Counted from the first letter of the stretch, positions 8,644-19,436 are shown. The stretch is DNA of 64,000 nt from Deltaproteobacteria bacterium (GCA_030262895.1 JAJSZW010000001.1:16360-80359); one strand, 5' to 3'. Translations and numbers: made by a program. Notes: a model not told the origin generated them from the sequence alone.

Positions 8644-10272
8644 CTAAACCTTCTTTCCCTGAAGCCGGATGGTAAATGTTGTTCCCTTGCCGAGTCGGGA
8701 TACTACATCCATGGTTCCGCCGTGCTCATTTACAATCTTTTGTGTAACCAGTAACCCGAGGCCGGTACCTCGCGTTCCTTTTGTACTAAAAAATTCGGCA
8801 AAAAGCTTGCTTTGAGTTTCCTCGCCCATACCACAACCATTGTCTATAACTTCGAATTCCACGCCGCTCTTGTTCTCACGTCGTGTCCTTACTTTTACAT
8901 ACCACTGTTTTTGCGTATCAAGATCAAAAACACAGGCATCTATTGCATTTGAAACCAGATTAAGAAGACAACTATGTATTCCTTTTGGGTCAAGATATAT
9001 CTCACCCATCTCCCTGTCAATATCCCTGATCAGGTCGATATCATATTCCTTTGCCTTTGATTCCATAAGATCGCAGACTTCATCTGCTATAATATTCGGA
9101 TTATATATTTCATATTCAGGTTCTCGTTCTTTAGAATAAGTGAGAAGATCCAGAACAAGATCGGAAACTTTATGTATATTTCTTTCCACCATCTCCCAGC
9201 CGGTTTTCAATTTTTTTTGCTGGCGTTCCCTTTCAGTGTTTATATCTATAATTCGCTTCAGAGATCGTGCTTGAAGAGGCGCGGTAAACATATTGCTATA
9301 GTCTATTTTATTTTCCGCCGCCCAGTCAGCCGCTCCCTTTTTAAGAGCGGTATTTACTATGTAAAGACCGCCTTTCAAGCCATTTAAGATGTTTTTGACG
9401 CCATGAGCAAGACCGGCTACGGTCTGCCCTATAGCTGCCAGTCTTTCAGATTTAATCAGTTCTTTTTCCAGGCGTTTAATTTTTCTAAGATCCTGGAAAA
9501 AGCCGACACTTCCTATTGGCTTGTCGCCTTCATACAGCATTGCGCACGAAAATCTTACAGGCACTGCTTCGCCGCTCTTTGCTGAAACAAATGCTTCATC
9601 TCCAACAAAAATATCGCTTGCATTCCGATCTTTACCTGCAAAAACATCAGAGATTTTTTGAGATATCCCTTCAGGGTAAAAATTGCCGGCATTCATGGCA
9701 CTTTTGGCTTCATTCACAGTATATCCAAACATCTCTTCCGCAGCAGGATTAAATATTATTATATTCTCTTCTTTATCCGTGGCAACAATCCCATCGATCG
9801 AACGCTGTACAAGCTTATCCTCAAACTCATATCTTCTCTTGATCTCTTCGGTTTTTTCCTTTACCATATTCCAAAGATCATTGGCATAGTTATTCAATGT
9901 CTTTTTTGTTTTCAGCCGTTCCTCAGCCCTTTCTAAGGCAATTGAAAGGAGTTGATCGCTCACCGGCTTGGTTATAAAATCAGATGCTCCAAGATGAAGC
10001 GATTGTATGGCGGATTCCATATCACCATGTCCGGTAATAACAATTACCTCTACCTCAGGGTTAATCTCCTTGATTCTTCTCAAGACTTCTATTCCATCCA
10101 TCCCGGGCATCTTTATATCGGTAAGCACTATTGGAAAGAATTCTTTTTGAAACAAGTCAATTCCCTGCTGTCCGCTCGCTGCAGTTGCTACATCATATCC
10201 ATCACTTTTAAGAGATATGCTGAAGACTTTTCTAATGCCCTCTTCGTCATCGATCAGTAAAAGTTTTGACAT
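8644..10272 (-). CDS. Hybrid sensor histidine kinase (receiver-PAS-HisKA-HATPase)
   Basis: N-terminal receiver (LLLIDDEEG, TDIKMPGMDG), PAS region, H-box LAHGVKN, ATPase boxes NAIDA, DNGCGM and GTGLGL. ORF-track start is 10293; the ATG at 10272 (MSKLLLIDD) is preferred. Confidence 0.8.
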   Translation of the reverse strand: MSKLLLIDDEEGIRKVFSISLKSDGYDVATAASGQQGIDLFQKEFFPIVLTDIKMPGMDGIEVLRRIKEINPEVEVIVITGHGDMESAIQSLHLGASDFITKPVSDQLLSIALERAEERLKTKKTLNNYANDLWNMVKEKTEEIKRRYEFEDKLVQRSIDGIVATDKEENIIIFNPAAEEMFGYTVNEAKSAMNAGNFYPEGISQKISDVFAGKDRNASDIFVGDEAFVSAKSGEAVPVRFSCAMLYEGDKPIGSVGFFQDLRKIKRLEKELIKSERLAAIGQTVAGLAHGVKNILNGLKGGLYIVNTALKKGAADWAAENKIDYSNMFTAPLQARSLKRIIDINTERERQQKKLKTGWEMVERNIHKVSDLVLDLLTYSKEREPEYEIYNPNIIADEVCDLMESKAKEYDIDLIRDIDREMGEIYLDPKGIHSCLLNLVSNAIDACVFDLDTQKQWYVKVRTRRENKSGVEFEVIDNGCGMGEETQSKLFAEFFSTKGTRGTGLGLLVTQKIVNEHGGTMDVVSRLGKGTTFTIRLQGKKV

Positions 10273-10290
10273 ATAATTTCTGTTACCTCT

Positions 10291-10357
10291 CACAGTTGGC
10301 AGTTAACGGTTTCTCAAAACATAAAACCGTGAACTGTAAACCGACAACCGTGAACTG
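10291..10357. repeat. GTGAACCG-word hairpin element (copy a)
   Basis: cacagttggcagttaacggtt - loop - aaccgtgaactgtaaaccgacaaccgtgaactg. It fills the gap between two kinase genes. The right arm is nearly identical to the one at 38706..38731. Confidence 0.7.
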
Positions 10358-12397
10358 CTATTCTGAAATAGCGGGAAATGTCATTTTAAAGGAAGTCCCC
10401 ACATTTTCTTTACTTTCAACAGTGATCTCTCCCCCATAGTCTTTAACAATCTCATAACTTATAGACAACCCAAGTCCTGTTCCAGCGCCGATTTTTTTGG
10501 TTGTAAGAAATGGTTCAAAGATCTTGTCAATAATATCAGCCGGTATCCCCTTTCCGTTATCTGAAACTATTGCTACAACTTGTTTGTCTTCCGCAAAAGT
10601 CCTGACCTTTATAATTTTTTTCCAGGTTTTTCCTCTTTCCTCCAAAGCATCACGCGCATTAGTAATCAGATTAATAAATACCTGCTCCAGTCTGTTATGA
10701 TCCGCCAGTATTGGAGGAAGATTTTCAGCAAGATCCAACTCTATATCTATCTGATGAAGAATTAATTGCTGATTTAATACCTTGAAGACATCGGCAATCG
10801 GTTTATTGATATTAACCTCGGATCGTGTAGCGTCAGATGGTCTTGCAAATTCTCTCATATGATTGATTATCTCACTCGCCCGGTCAACATACCTGCTCAT
10901 CTCTTCTGCCATGGTACGAAATGTCTCTTTATCTATACTTTCACCTCTGCCTATCATCTTTATAAAAAAATCACTCCCCACCTTAATGACATTGAGCGGC
11001 TGATTCAACTCATGAGCAATGCCGGAAGCCATAGTGCCAAGTGCCGACATCTTGCCGGCCTGAATTAATTGAGCTTCTTTTTCAACGCTTTCAGTAACAT
11101 CAGAAGTCGTTATAATCAGCACATTTTGCTTCATATATTCTGCAGGACGTACATGAATGTTGACATAAAAAAATCCATTATCTTTCCTGCAATGCTGCCT
11201 TTTTAAATAAAGGAGAGTCTTGCCCTTTTTAATTGAAGCAAAATCATCAATTATATCTTTGTATGCTATGTTTGAAAGATCAAAAAAGGACTTTTGCAGA
11301 AATTCTTCTCGTGAATAGCCATAATAGCCTTGAGCTGTCTCATTTACATCCAGGATGGCAAATGTCCCGCCGTCGACAATAAAAATCGGATTCGGATCAG
11401 CATTGAACAGATCCCGGTATTTTTTTTCAGAAATTATCAATTCCATTTCAAATTGATTGAGACTGAAAAGCATGTGTTTAAATGAATCGGCCAGACGCGT
11501 TATTTCATCTCCGGAGTATTTTTTATAAATTTCGCACTTAATACACCCCTCAAGCTTTTCCGGAAACTTTTCTGAATGCTTTGACCGACAGAGAGTATTC
11601 TGCACAAACCAGCACGGCATGTCTGTCCCGCCATATGCAGGACACTCTGTTTTGTTACAATCCGATTCTTCCCAACACTTAATAGTTTTGCCGAATTGGA
11701 TTATGGATTTTCCGTGACTGGCCAGGTTTGCCATGGAGGTAAGCCTGGAAATAGGACGTGTAATATAATGCGAAAGCCACAGAGTCAGAAAAAACCCCGC
11801 AGCTCCAATAAGAATCAGGGTAACTACAATTTCACGGTTTCTAAGCGCTATAATTCTTTTTTCTGTTGGTAACCAGCTAATCCCCACAGACAATACACCC
11901 AGCATATTTTTTTCTGTTCCGTGACACTCATTGCAAGCTTTTTCATTTTTGATGGGCATAGCATAGCTGATAACTTTTTCTTTCCCATAGTATTCAAAGC
12001 CATTAACCAGGCTTTTGCTTTGCAAACTCCTTTTAGTAATTTCAGAATTAATTGAACTGCCGATAAGGTCGGCATTGCCGGCATGCTTTATAATTCCGTT
12101 CCAATCACAAAGAATGATTCTATGTAACTCTTCAGCTTCATTCAAGTCTTCTAATATTTTCTGAACATATTCCATCTCACCGTCGAGCATCGGATATTCA
12201 ATGCTTCGCATAACAATATTGCTGACCTTAAGCGCCCTGCTCTCTTGCTCCACAGTATAAAACTTTATCTGCCTTATTGTCTGGTAATAAGTAAAAAAGC
12301 CCATTACGCTACACAAAATCAGGGAGAACCCCAATATTATTTTATTTCTCAGGTTATTGCGAACAAGATTTGAGATAAAGGCTATTTTAAATGGCAT
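10358..12397 (-). CDS. Sensor histidine kinase with a periplasmic CXXCH (heme c) motif, a cytoplasmic Cys-rich module and PAS
   Basis: 679 aa. Two TM segments bracket a ~160-aa loop containing ACNECHG. After TM2 comes [30 protein letters not shown]...CIKC. Then PAS, H-box [11 protein letters not shown] and ATPase boxes [24 protein letters not shown]. Confidence 0.85.
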   Translation of the reverse strand: MPFKIAFISNLVRNNLRNKIILGFSLILCSVMGFFTYYQTIRQIKFYTVEQESRALKVSNIVMRSIEYPMLDGEMEYVQKILEDLNEAEELHRIILCDWNGIIKHAGNADLIGSSINSEITKRSLQSKSLVNGFEYYGKEKVISYAMPIKNEKACNECHGTEKNMLGVLSVGISWLPTEKRIIALRNREIVVTLILIGAAGFFLTLWLSHYITRPISRLTSMANLASHGKSIIQFGKTIKCWEESDCNKTECPAYGGTDMPCWFVQNTLCRSKHSEKFPEKLEGCIKCEIYKKYSGDEITRLADSFKHMLFSLNQFEMELIISEKKYRDLFNADPNPIFIVDGGTFAILDVNETAQGYYGYSREEFLQKSFFDLSNIAYKDIIDDFASIKKGKTLLYLKRQHCRKDNGFFYVNIHVRPAEYMKQNVLIITTSDVTESVEKEAQLIQAGKMSALGTMASGIAHELNQPLNVIKVGSDFFIKMIGRGESIDKETFRTMAEEMSRYVDRASEIINHMREFARPSDATRSEVNINKPIADVFKVLNQQLILHQIDIELDLAENLPPILADHNRLEQVFINLITNARDALEERGKTWKKIIKVRTFAEDKQVVAIVSDNGKGIPADIIDKIFEPFLTTKKIGAGTGLGLSISYEIVKDYGGEITVESKENVGTSFKMTFPAISE

Positions 12398-12406
12398 TGT
12401 TAAATA

Positions 12407-14278
12407 CTATTTACTCGAATGAATATTATACTTTTTTAGCTTTGCATAGAGAGTGCTGCGGCTGATGTTCAGTTTTTTTGCAACCTGCAATTTATTCCAT
12501 TTATACTCCTCCAGCACTCTGGCAAGAAACTTTTTTTCGTTATCTTGAAAGGAGCTTATTTTTTGCTCTTTGTTTACAATAGAGTATATATCAAGCGGAA
12601 GGCTTTGTCCGCTGATAAATTCATTTTTGGTAAGAATAAATGCATGTTCAATAATATTTTCCAATTCCCTTACATTCCCGGGCCAATTGTAACGCATCAA
12701 TGTGTCCATAGCTTCCGAAGAAATTCCTTTTACCTTTTTATTCCCTCGCAAGTTCAGCCTTTTTAAAAAATGTTCAACTATAAGCGATATATCATTTCGT
12801 CTCACCCGAAGGGGAGGAATATTTATTGGAATAACATTCAAACGATAATATAGGTCCTCCCGGAAGTTCCCATTTTCCACCTCTTTTTTTAAATCCTTGT
12901 TGGTAGCCGCTATTACTCTGATATCCACCTCAATAGTTTCTATACCCCCCGATCTTTCAAACTTTTGAAATTGAAGAAATCTGAGGAGTTTAACCTGTGA
13001 CATCAGAGGAATTTCTCCAATTTCATCCAAAAAAAGAGTTCCCTTGTCTGCTAATTCAAATCGTCCGAGCTTCCGATGGGTTGCGCCGGTAAATGCTCCT
13101 TTCTCATGGCCGAACAACTCGCTTTCAAGTAGTGTCTGTGGATAGGCGGAACAATTCACAACAATAAAAGGATTGTCTTTTCGATAACTATGCAAATGAA
13201 CGGCTCTTGCTACAAGCTCTTTCCCGGAACCGCTCTCTCCCTGAATCAGCACGGTTGCATCGGTAGGAGCTATATCCAAAATCAACTTATAGAGCTGCTG
13301 CATTTTATGATCTTTTCCGACAATACCTCCATAGCCTGAAAACATTTTGACCTTATTCTCCAGCTCCTTCATTTTTTCGTTGTTCAGGGCAATTCTTCTT
13401 ATAATGCCCGCAACCTGTGAAAGCATAAGATAGAGAAAGCGTAAATCTTTTCCGGAAAAAACAATATGCTCAGGGGCAAGCAAAATTACCACCCCAATAA
13501 CCTCATCTTCCTTAATTATCGGAACAAGGGAGATCGAGCCATAGCCGTCAAAGCTTTCCAACCAGGGATATCCACTATCTCTAAGTTCATCAATATTCAT
13601 GGGATGACGCATCAATGCAATATTCGAAATAAGGCCTTCTCTATCTTCAATACTCAGTTCTCTGTACCCATTAACCTTAACAAATCCTTTTTTCTCTTTA
13701 TTAAGAATAAGTGGGGCAATCTCTTCAAAAGAGAGTATATTTTTGGTTTGGTTGATTATAAAATCAAACGCCTCTCCAAGGGATTTCTTTTCACTGGTCC
13801 TGCGGGTTATATCGCAAAGAGATTCCATTTCCTTGTACGATTTTTCAAGTTCTCCGGTCTTTTCTTTTACAGCTTTTTCAAGATTGTAGGTATAATTTTT
13901 GAGTCTTTTTTTGATTTTCAATTTCTCTTCAGCGCGTTTTAATGCAACTGAAAGGGCTTCTTTACTGATAGGTTTTGTAATAAAATCAGATGCATCAAGC
14001 TGTAATGATTTTACAGCAAGCTTCATATCACCATCGCCTGTTATTACAATAACCTCTGTCTCCGGATTTATCTCTTTGATCCTTCTTAAAACACCTATAC
14101 CATCCGTTCCCGGCATTTTTATATCCGTCAAAACAATAGAAGGGGCTTCTTTTTCAAAAAGCTCAATTCCGCGCTTTCCGTTTTTCGCTGTTATAACATC
14201 ATAACCCTCACTTCTAAGCGATATGCTCAGCAGTTTTCTGATGCCCGCTTCATCATCTATTAACAAGATTTTTAACAT
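12407..14278 (-). CDS. Sigma-54-dependent response regulator (receiver-GAF-AAA+-HTH)
   Basis: 623 aa. Receiver ([19 protein letters not shown]), a central GAF-like region, intact [14 protein letters not shown] and FLDEIGE motifs, and a C-terminal HTH ([13 protein letters not shown]). Confidence 0.9.
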   Translation of the reverse strand: MLKILLIDDEAGIRKLLSISLRSEGYDVITAKNGKRGIELFEKEAPSIVLTDIKMPGTDGIGVLRRIKEINPETEVIVITGDGDMKLAVKSLQLDASDFITKPISKEALSVALKRAEEKLKIKKRLKNYTYNLEKAVKEKTGELEKSYKEMESLCDITRRTSEKKSLGEAFDFIINQTKNILSFEEIAPLILNKEKKGFVKVNGYRELSIEDREGLISNIALMRHPMNIDELRDSGYPWLESFDGYGSISLVPIIKEDEVIGVVILLAPEHIVFSGKDLRFLYLMLSQVAGIIRRIALNNEKMKELENKVKMFSGYGGIVGKDHKMQQLYKLILDIAPTDATVLIQGESGSGKELVARAVHLHSYRKDNPFIVVNCSAYPQTLLESELFGHEKGAFTGATHRKLGRFELADKGTLFLDEIGEIPLMSQVKLLRFLQFQKFERSGGIETIEVDIRVIAATNKDLKKEVENGNFREDLYYRLNVIPINIPPLRVRRNDISLIVEHFLKRLNLRGNKKVKGISSEAMDTLMRYNWPGNVRELENIIEHAFILTKNEFISGQSLPLDIYSIVNKEQKISSFQDNEKKFLARVLEEYKWNKLQVAKKLNISRSTLYAKLKKYNIHSSK

Positions 14279-14295
14279 AACAATTCTTTATATTT

Positions 14296-14462
14296 TGAGA
14301 CCGTTGAAAAATGATCAGTTTTGTTACAGTTCAAGGAAGGCGAAAATTTTAAACGTAGTAATACATTGAGTATTTCGAGGCTTAAAATTTGAGCCTGACA
14401 CCGACACTTTAGTGAAGCTTTAGCGCTAATTGGACAAAAGGGGGCGTTTTGCAAAGGTCTCA
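14296..14462 (+). repeat. B-family nested-palindrome element, copy B1
   Basis: Terminal repeat tgagaccgttgaaaa / ttttgcaaaggtctca. About 88% identical to B2 (51076..51217) apart from a ~24-nt insertion. It starts 18 nt from the activator ATG at 14278. Confidence 0.85.
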
Positions 14463-14747
14463 TTTCAGGTTGTGCATCACTTCGATGTAATTCAAAATAG
14501 TTTGCTTTCGAAAATTAGAAATAATTTAAAAATAATAGGACAATATTTAGTGCATTGTCAATATAATAAGTGTTTAAGTGTTTAATTGAGCGCTGATTTT
14601 TGCCTTCTGTTTTGTTTACAAAAAACGGTTATCATGATATAAGTAAAATTTATATGATTTGTGAATCAATTCATAAGTATCTATAAATGTAAAGAATCCA
14701 GGTCAAGAAGACGTTTTTCTCTGACATATAAATATAGGGTGGAAAAA

Positions 14748-16418
14748 ATGAACACTGAACGCGAAAAGATCGAATTTGATGTGCTGTTTGTTGGCGGCGG
14801 CCCTGCAAGCCTTGCGGGCGCAATAAGATTGATGCAGATTGCAAGAGAAAAAGATATAAATCTTGAAGTGGCTCTCATTGAAAAAGGATCGGATATAGGA
14901 TCAAATGCTTTGAGCGGAGCTGTTTTAAATCCCATTGCATTAAAAGAGCTTGTACCTGATTTTCTGCAAAGAGGCTGTCCAATTGAAAAAACGGTAAGGG
15001 GTGACGAATTTTACTTCCTGACAAAGAATAAATATTATCATCTACCTATTATACCAAGATACATGCATAACAAAAATTTCTTTATTATCAGTCTATCTAA
15101 ATTTACAAAGTGGCTTGCGGGCATAGCAGAAGAACTTGGGGTAAATATATTCCCGGGTTTTGCAGGGAAAGAGATTCTTTATGCCTTAGATCAAAAGACA
15201 ATAACCGGAGTTCGCACAGGTGATAAAGGACTTGGAAAGGACGGTGCCCCAAAAGGCAATTTTGAACCAGGAATAGATTTGCTGGCTAAAGTTACTGTTT
15301 TGGGAGAAGGTTCAAAGGGAAGTCTCCTCAAAGATATTGAGGAAAAGCTTGATATTTTTTCCGGAAAGATGCCGCAGGTTTTTGAAACCGGGATTAAAGA
15401 AGTTATACAGCTTCCTGAAAAAAACTATTTTACAACCAGCAAAGGCAACGATATTCATACTTGCGGTTATCCATTAGGCATTAATACACCGGGTGGTGGA
15501 TTTATTTATGAAATGAAAGACAACAAGGTTTCCATAGGATTTCTTACAGCTCTGTCCTATAGGGACCCAAGGCTTGATCCTTACGAAGAATTCATAAAAT
15601 TCAAGCGACATCCTTTTGTGGCAGATATTATTAAAAATGGTAAAGTAATAGAACAAGGCGCAAGGACTGTTCCTACCGGAGGATATTTTACAATGCCGGT
15701 GCTCTCTGTTGATGGTGGAGTATTTGTCGGGGGCTGCGCTTCAATACATAATACTCCGGGGCTTAAAGGTATCCATGTATCTATGAAGTCCGGTATGCTG
15801 GCAGCAGAAGCGATTGTGGAATCTATTGAAAAGAACAGCTTTACTCAGAAGACTCTCGGTCATTATCATGAATTATTTGAAAAAAGCTGGGTAAAGGAAG
15901 AAATTTTTGAAGGAAGAAATTTTTCACAGGCGCTTTCGAAAAGCGGATTGTTTAAATTTATACTTCTTGGAGCTCAATATTTCACAAAAGGACGGGGTAT
16001 ATATGATAATATGCCTATTGAAGAAGATTGCAAAACATTAAGGATTGCAGAAAATGGTGGGCATGCCGGGAAAAATTTGGACAAAAAGGTTTTTGATGGT
16101 GTTTTGTATGTAGATAAACTTACAGGTGTTTATCTTTCAAAAACCATGCACAGGGAGGACCAGCCGTGCCACATTATAGTTCATGATAAGAATTTATGTG
16201 TTAATCAATGCTACACAAATTATCAATGCCCCTGCACTAAATTTTGTCCAGGTAATGTTTACGAAATTGAAATAGACGAAAAGACTTCTCAAAGACGACT
16301 TAAACTTAACCCAGCCAACTGCCTTCACTGCAAAACTTGCGAGATCAAGGATCCGTTCAGGAATATTACCTGGACATGCCCGGAGGGTGGCGATGGCCCA
16401 GGTTATACTATACTTTAG
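14748..16418 (+). CDS. Electron-transfer flavoprotein:quinone oxidoreductase (ETF-QO/FixC-FixX fusion type)
   Basis: FAD-binding fold DVLFVGGGPASLAGA at the N-terminus and a C-terminal ferredoxin-like Cys cluster (CPCTKFCP...CLHCKTCEIKDP). ORF-track start 14661 is a GTG; the ATG at 14748 is preferred. Confidence 0.85.
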   Translation: MNTEREKIEFDVLFVGGGPASLAGAIRLMQIAREKDINLEVALIEKGSDIGSNALSGAVLNPIALKELVPDFLQRGCPIEKTVRGDEFYFLTKNKYYHLPIIPRYMHNKNFFIISLSKFTKWLAGIAEELGVNIFPGFAGKEILYALDQKTITGVRTGDKGLGKDGAPKGNFEPGIDLLAKVTVLGEGSKGSLLKDIEEKLDIFSGKMPQVFETGIKEVIQLPEKNYFTTSKGNDIHTCGYPLGINTPGGGFIYEMKDNKVSIGFLTALSYRDPRLDPYEEFIKFKRHPFVADIIKNGKVIEQGARTVPTGGYFTMPVLSVDGGVFVGGCASIHNTPGLKGIHVSMKSGMLAAEAIVESIEKNSFTQKTLGHYHELFEKSWVKEEIFEGRNFSQALSKSGLFKFILLGAQYFTKGRGIYDNMPIEEDCKTLRIAENGGHAGKNLDKKVFDGVLYVDKLTGVYLSKTMHREDQPCHIIVHDKNLCVNQCYTNYQCPCTKFCPGNVYEIEIDEKTSQRRLKLNPANCLHCKTCEIKDPFRNITWTCPEGGDGPGYTIL

Positions 16419-16496
16419 GGTTTGTAAGGGCTCGGGGCTAATAATATTGCCACTTGACTGTTTTGTTAAACTGGCATAATTATTATAATAAACATT

Positions 16497-16740
16497 GTAA
16501 CCGTTCACGGTTACCGGTTATACAGTTCACGGTTCAAAAAGACAAAAAGCAGAAGCGAATTATGGGATCGGCTGCGGAGCTGAGAACACAGATTTATATT
16601 TCACGAGAGGTTAATATATTTTCTGATTTAGATGCGAAAGAATTAATTCAAAAGTTGAAATCAAGATCCAAAATGCTTCAATCGTTGCATAGTTCATTGA
16701 AAAAACTGTGAACTGTGAACCGACAACCGTGAACGGTTAC
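16497..16740. repeat. GTGAACCG-word nested-palindrome element (copy b, long form)
   Basis: Termini gtaaccgttcacggtt...aaccgtgaacggttac (perfect 16-nt inverted repeat). The arms are tandem cacggtt / gtgaac words around a ~170-nt core. Confidence 0.8.
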
Positions 16741-16773
16741 TAAACATTTATATCTTTGGAGAATAACTATTAT

Positions 16774-17523
16774 ATGCCTTTTTCAATTGCTCTGGCCGGA
16801 AAAGGAGGTACAGGCAAAACTACAATAGCCGGCATGCTGATAAAATATTTGGTGATCAAGGGGAAAGTCCCTGTACTTGCAGTAGATGCGGATTCAAATG
16901 CAAATCTAAACGAAGTGCTTGGCCTTGAGGTTAAAGATACACTTGGGAATGTCCGTGAAGAAATGAAAAAAGGAAAAGTCCCCAGCGGTATGACCAAAGA
17001 TGTCTTTATGTCAATGAAACTGGAACAGGCTATTGTTGAAACCGAAGGATATGATCTAATTGTTATGGGACAACCTGAAGGAACGGGTTGTTACTGTGCT
17101 GCTAATAATCTTCTAACAGGATTTCTTGAACGGCTTACAGGCAACTATCCTTATATAGTAATGGATAATGAGGCCGGCATGGAGCATATCAGCCGTTTAA
17201 CAACAAGAAACGTTGATGTTCTGCTTGTTGTTTCCGACACATCAAGGCGAGGACTTCAAACAGCTATTAGAATTAACCGACTTGCAGATAAATTAAATAT
17301 AGGGGTTTCAAAAAGCTGTCTGATTATCAATAAGGTAAAGGAGAAACCATCTGAAGTTGTATTCGATATGATTCAAAATAATGGTATTGAAATCGCCGGA
17401 ACAATACCTGACGATACTACACTTTACGAATATGACTTAAATGGAATCCCTACTATTAAAATGCCTAATGATAATAAAGCTGTTAAAGCGGCATTTGAAA
17501 TATTTAATACTATTATTAAATAA
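16774..17523 (+). CDS. CooC-type P-loop NTPase (Ni-insertion/maturation ATPase family)
   Basis: Deviant Walker A GKGGTGKTT and a CooC-like CxC motif (GTGCYCAAN). The ORF-track start 16756 is a TTG; the ATG at 16774 is preferred. Confidence 0.7.
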   Translation: MPFSIALAGKGGTGKTTIAGMLIKYLVIKGKVPVLAVDADSNANLNEVLGLEVKDTLGNVREEMKKGKVPSGMTKDVFMSMKLEQAIVETEGYDLIVMGQPEGTGCYCAANNLLTGFLERLTGNYPYIVMDNEAGMEHISRLTTRNVDVLLVVSDTSRRGLQTAIRINRLADKLNIGVSKSCLIINKVKEKPSEVVFDMIQNNGIEIAGTIPDDTTLYEYDLNGIPTIKMPNDNKAVKAAFEIFNTIIK

Positions 17524-17638
17524 TTTAATAGGAATTTCCATTGTAACTTCTCAAAAAGTTCGGCTAAAGATAAAAAAGATTCGCCCCAATCAGGGCGATC
17601 ACAAGGATCGCCCCTACTAATTTAATTAAGAGACAATT

Positions 17639-18589
17639 ATGAATAAAACCGGCTTTTTATATGATGAAAGATATTTACTTCACGATACCGGCCCATACCA
17701 TCCTGAAGTTCCTGCAAGGCTGGAAGCTATTTATAACGGAATAAAAGGCGCAAACCTTCTTTCCATGCTGACCTTGATCAACGCAAGCCATGCGGATCTT
17801 AAATGGATAGAAACTGTGCATGAGAGAGACTATATTAATCGCTTTAAAGAAGCTTGTCTTGCAGGAAAAAAGATATTCGACAGTCCGGACAATCAGATGT
17901 GCCCTGAAACTTATGATACAGCCCTGCTTGCAGTGGGAGGCATTCTTGATACAATAGATCTGGTCATGAAAAACAAAATTGATAATGCATTCTGTGCTGT
18001 AAGGCCTCCAGGGCATCATGCTGAAATTAACAAAGCTATGGGGTTCTGCTATTTTAACAATGTTGCAATTGCTGCAAGGTATCTTCAAAAAAAATGGGAT
18101 ATAAAAAAGGTCGGAATCTTGGATTTTGATGTCCATCATGGTAATGGGACTCAACATATTTTTGAAGAAGATCCATCTGTATTTTATTATTCAATTCATC
18201 AGCATCCCTCATTTGGATACCCGGGTACCGGCCGAGAATTTGAAAAGGGATCAGGGCCCGGCTATGGATTTACATTGAACTCTCCGGTTTTGCCGGACCA
18301 GGGAGACAGTGAATACAAGAAATTTTTTGAAAATGATCTTTTAGCTGCCTTTGAAACATTCAAGCCTGAAGTTATTATTGTATCTGCAGGTTTTGATGCT
18401 CATATTGATGATGATATGTCAGATATCAGGTTGTCAACAGAAGGCTTTTCATGGATAATGGAAAAAATAGTCGAAATGGCAGGCATTTATTCTAACGGTA
18501 GATTAATTTCCGTGCTGGAGGGAGGATATTCCCTTAAACGCCTTCCTGAGCTGGCAAAAAATCATGTTGAAATTTTATTAAATAGTTAA
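17639..18589 (+). CDS. Histone-deacetylase-family amidohydrolase (AcuC/acetylpolyamine type)
   Basis: 316 aa. Carries RPPGHHA, DFDVHHGNGTQ and GFDAH signature blocks. Confidence 0.85.
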   Translation: MNKTGFLYDERYLLHDTGPYHPEVPARLEAIYNGIKGANLLSMLTLINASHADLKWIETVHERDYINRFKEACLAGKKIFDSPDNQMCPETYDTALLAVGGILDTIDLVMKNKIDNAFCAVRPPGHHAEINKAMGFCYFNNVAIAARYLQKKWDIKKVGILDFDVHHGNGTQHIFEEDPSVFYYSIHQHPSFGYPGTGREFEKGSGPGYGFTLNSPVLPDQGDSEYKKFFENDLLAAFETFKPEVIIVSAGFDAHIDDDMSDIRLSTEGFSWIMEKIVEMAGIYSNGRLISVLEGGYSLKRLPELAKNHVEILLNS

Positions 18590-18622
18590 GTTGTTTGGAA
18601 GTCAAAATGTTTGGAGGATAAA

Positions 18623-19300
18623 ATGTTTGTCAGCCAATCGATGACCAGGGAGGTCATCACAATTAACAAAGATGCTGATATTTTTGAAGCAAAAGATAAA
18701 ATGACCAAACACCGTATACGCCATCTTCCGGTAGTGGGGAAGGATAATCGTATTATAGGGATTGTTTCAGATCGTGATATAAGAAGCGCTCTTCCCTGCA
18801 GTCTATTAAAAGATTACGATACAGGAAAAACAAGGGAAAAACTTTTAGAGTTTAAGATTAAAGATATCATGATAATTGATCCCTTTACTATTTCTTTGTC
18901 ATATACCATTCAAGATGCCCTTATGCTTATGCAGAAAACACGCGTTGGAGCATTTCCTGTTGTAGATAAACAAGGCAGAATTAAAGGCATCATCTCTACT
19001 CGTGACCTTTTACGCGCATTTATCAATGTTCTGGGTATAGAAGAATCCGGGACTCTATTATGTATTATTGTAGAAGAAAAAATTGGTCAGTTGAAAAAAA
19101 TTGTTGATGCCATCACCGAGGAAAATATTTCTTTTGGCAGCGTTCTTGTAGCCAGATACTGGGATGAAGGCAAGAAAGCCGTTTTTCCATACCTTTTAAC
19201 AAAAAAGGTAAGTCACGTGAAAAGAAAACTTAAGAAAATGGGCTACACTCTTCTCGACCCGACAGAATGGTATATCGACCAGATATCTCAAGATAAATGA
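18623..19300 (+). CDS. CBS-pair domain protein with C-terminal ACT-like region (AcuB-like)
   Basis: Two CBS motifs (HRIRHLPVV..., VGAFPVVDKQGRIKGIISTRDLL). The ATG at 18623 is preferred over the TTG at 18611. Confidence 0.75.
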   Translation: MFVSQSMTREVITINKDADIFEAKDKMTKHRIRHLPVVGKDNRIIGIVSDRDIRSALPCSLLKDYDTGKTREKLLEFKIKDIMIIDPFTISLSYTIQDALMLMQKTRVGAFPVVDKQGRIKGIISTRDLLRAFINVLGIEESGTLLCIIVEEKIGQLKKIVDAITEENISFGSVLVARYWDEGKKAVFPYLLTKKVSHVKRKLKKMGYTLLDPTEWYIDQISQDK

Positions 19301-19302
19301 TA

Positions 19303-19409
19303 TATAGACTTTCAGATAATTAATTTCACTGTGTTATCAGTCGTCGACGTATAGATTAATACGCCTTCCTCCTTCTATCCTTGTGAAATTAGTTATCTGA
19401 AAGTCTATA
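19303..19409. repeat. Small nested-palindrome element
   Basis: 27-nt arms tatagactttcagataattaatttcac / gtgaaattagttatctgaaagtctata (1 mismatch) around a 53-nt core. The core's reverse complement contains aggaaggcgtattaat, which resembles the B core. Confidence 0.7.
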
Positions 19410-19436
19410 ACTTCAGACCCTGAACAAGGGGGTAAA

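Noticed and set aside
13466-13942. Many antisense or alternative-frame ORFs nested in long genes, for example 423..671, 9952..10260, 13466..13942, 17675..18157, 48719..49144, 60042..60482, and 2521..2787 and 2784..2996 within mrpF/G.
   Set aside because: Each lies fully inside a longer ORF with clear family motifs on the other strand or frame. They are typical shadow ORFs of AT-rich DNA.
14424-14446. Sigma-54-like GG-N10-GC spacing inside B1/B2 (tGGacaaaagggGGCg).
   Set aside because: The -12 element lacks the TTGC consensus, and the equivalent position in B3 does not keep the GG/GC spacing.
16454-16711. 85-aa ORF (or a 50-aa ATG-initiated version) inside the long GTGAACCG element. The 82-aa ORF 7744..7992 and the 63-aa ORF 14272..14463 lie inside C1 and B1 in the same way.
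   Set aside because: Reading frames are not conserved between copies of the same family (indels between B1 and B2, frame differences). They have no ribosome-binding sites and low-complexity translations. They are better explained as non-coding repeats.
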